DNA of 64,000 nucleotides from Gekko japonicus (Eukaryota): NCBI RefSeq assembly GCF_001447785.1, contig NW_015164185.1, positions 689,002 to 753,001 of the forward strand, read 5' to 3'. Shown piece by piece: positions 63,301 to 64,000 of this stretch (position 1 is its first letter; each line of letters starts with the position of its first letter). The notes under the pieces were generated by a model. It saw only the letters and a program-made list of their open reading frames with translations, ran no database searches and was not told where the DNA came from. The position numbers and the translations under genes were made by a program.

Positions 63301-63562
63301 ATGCAACTCTGTTGAGGATTGTAGTGTTCATGCCCTTGGTTAATTATCACTGTTCTTCTTACACATTTAGTGCCTTCTGTGGATATAAATTCCACTAGGG
63401 TAGCCACACTATTCTTTTGCAGAAAAAGCACAGGAGTTGTCTTGTAGAACCTCCAATCTAGCGATTTTATCGTATCATCGGTCTTCATGGGCTTGAGGCC
63501 ACTTTGTCAAATGCTTTTGCTACAGTAAATCTGTTAGATGTCAAAATACTCCTCTTTTGTCC

Positions 63563-63800
63563 TGGCCTAGATAGCCCAGGCAAGCCTGATCTAATCAGAC
63601 CTTGAAAGTTAAGCAGGGCCGGCCCTGGCAAGTATTTGGATGGGAGACCTCCAAAGAATGCCAGGCCCTGGAGGCAGAGGCCTGCTATCAAGCCACTTCT
63701 CTGAACATCTTCCATTGCCCAGTAGGAGCTGCCAGAGGTTGCCCTGGCTTCCAAGCAAAAACACATGCACACACACACACAAATGTAAAAAATACCAAAA
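63563..63800 (+). mobile_element. 5S rRNA-derived SINE with RTE-type tail
   Basis: cctgatctaatcagaccttgaaagttaagcagggccggccctggcaagtatttggatgggagacc resembles the 5S internal control region, followed by a non-5S body and (ca)n tail. Confidence 0.75.
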
Positions 63801-64000
63801 AAATCCCCTCCTCTTTTATTTTCATACTTCTTTGTTAACGGTAAGTCCTAATATTCTCTGGGACATGAAAGAGAAAGCTGTTCTTTCTCACGATAAGCTA
63901 ATACCTAAATGTATTGATATAAGGTGGTATGAAAGATCTCAGCAATCTAGGGAACTTCACACAGAGAAGCATAAGTCTAGATAATGCTACAGTAGCTGTT

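Noticed and set aside
63575-63665. 5S rRNA gene
   Set aside because: Diverged from 5S, lacks proper ends, continues into a SINE body, and occurs as dispersed copies.
1-64000. Host protein-coding gene or exons
   Set aside because: Every ORF with recognisable motifs belongs to a transposable element. The rest are short, low-complexity or antisense to repeats. Small exons could have been missed.

Overview
Vertebrate, repeat-rich DNA with no recognisable host protein-coding exon, so probably an intron or intergenic region. The repeats (Sauria SINE, many Squam3-like SINEs, BovB, L2, Penelope remnants) point to a squamate reptile, probably a gecko (inference). The main features are two divergent, decayed tyrosine-recombinase (YR) retrotransposons of the Ngaro type: about 24.6-32.2 kb on the minus strand and about 40.7-47.1 kb on the plus strand. 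Each has gag, RT/RNase H, YR and a downstream SGNH-hydrolase ORF, and the second has split direct repeats. In both elements the SGNH ORF is preceded by a branch point, pyrimidine tract and CAG acceptor, and gag carries a GTAAG donor at the equivalent position. Donor and acceptor are both phase 1, which predicts a spliced in-frame fusion of the Gag N-terminus to the esterase. This is the most interesting signal in the window. Also present are nested insertions with identifiable target-site duplications (BovB, L1, a solo LTR, a tail-only insertion), hAT and Harbinger MITEs, 5S- and tRNA-derived SINEs, a Penelope-type minimal hammerhead ribozyme, homeodomain-motif-rich candidate enhancers and a 46-N assembly gap. 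Family names rest on remembered motifs, not on database searches.
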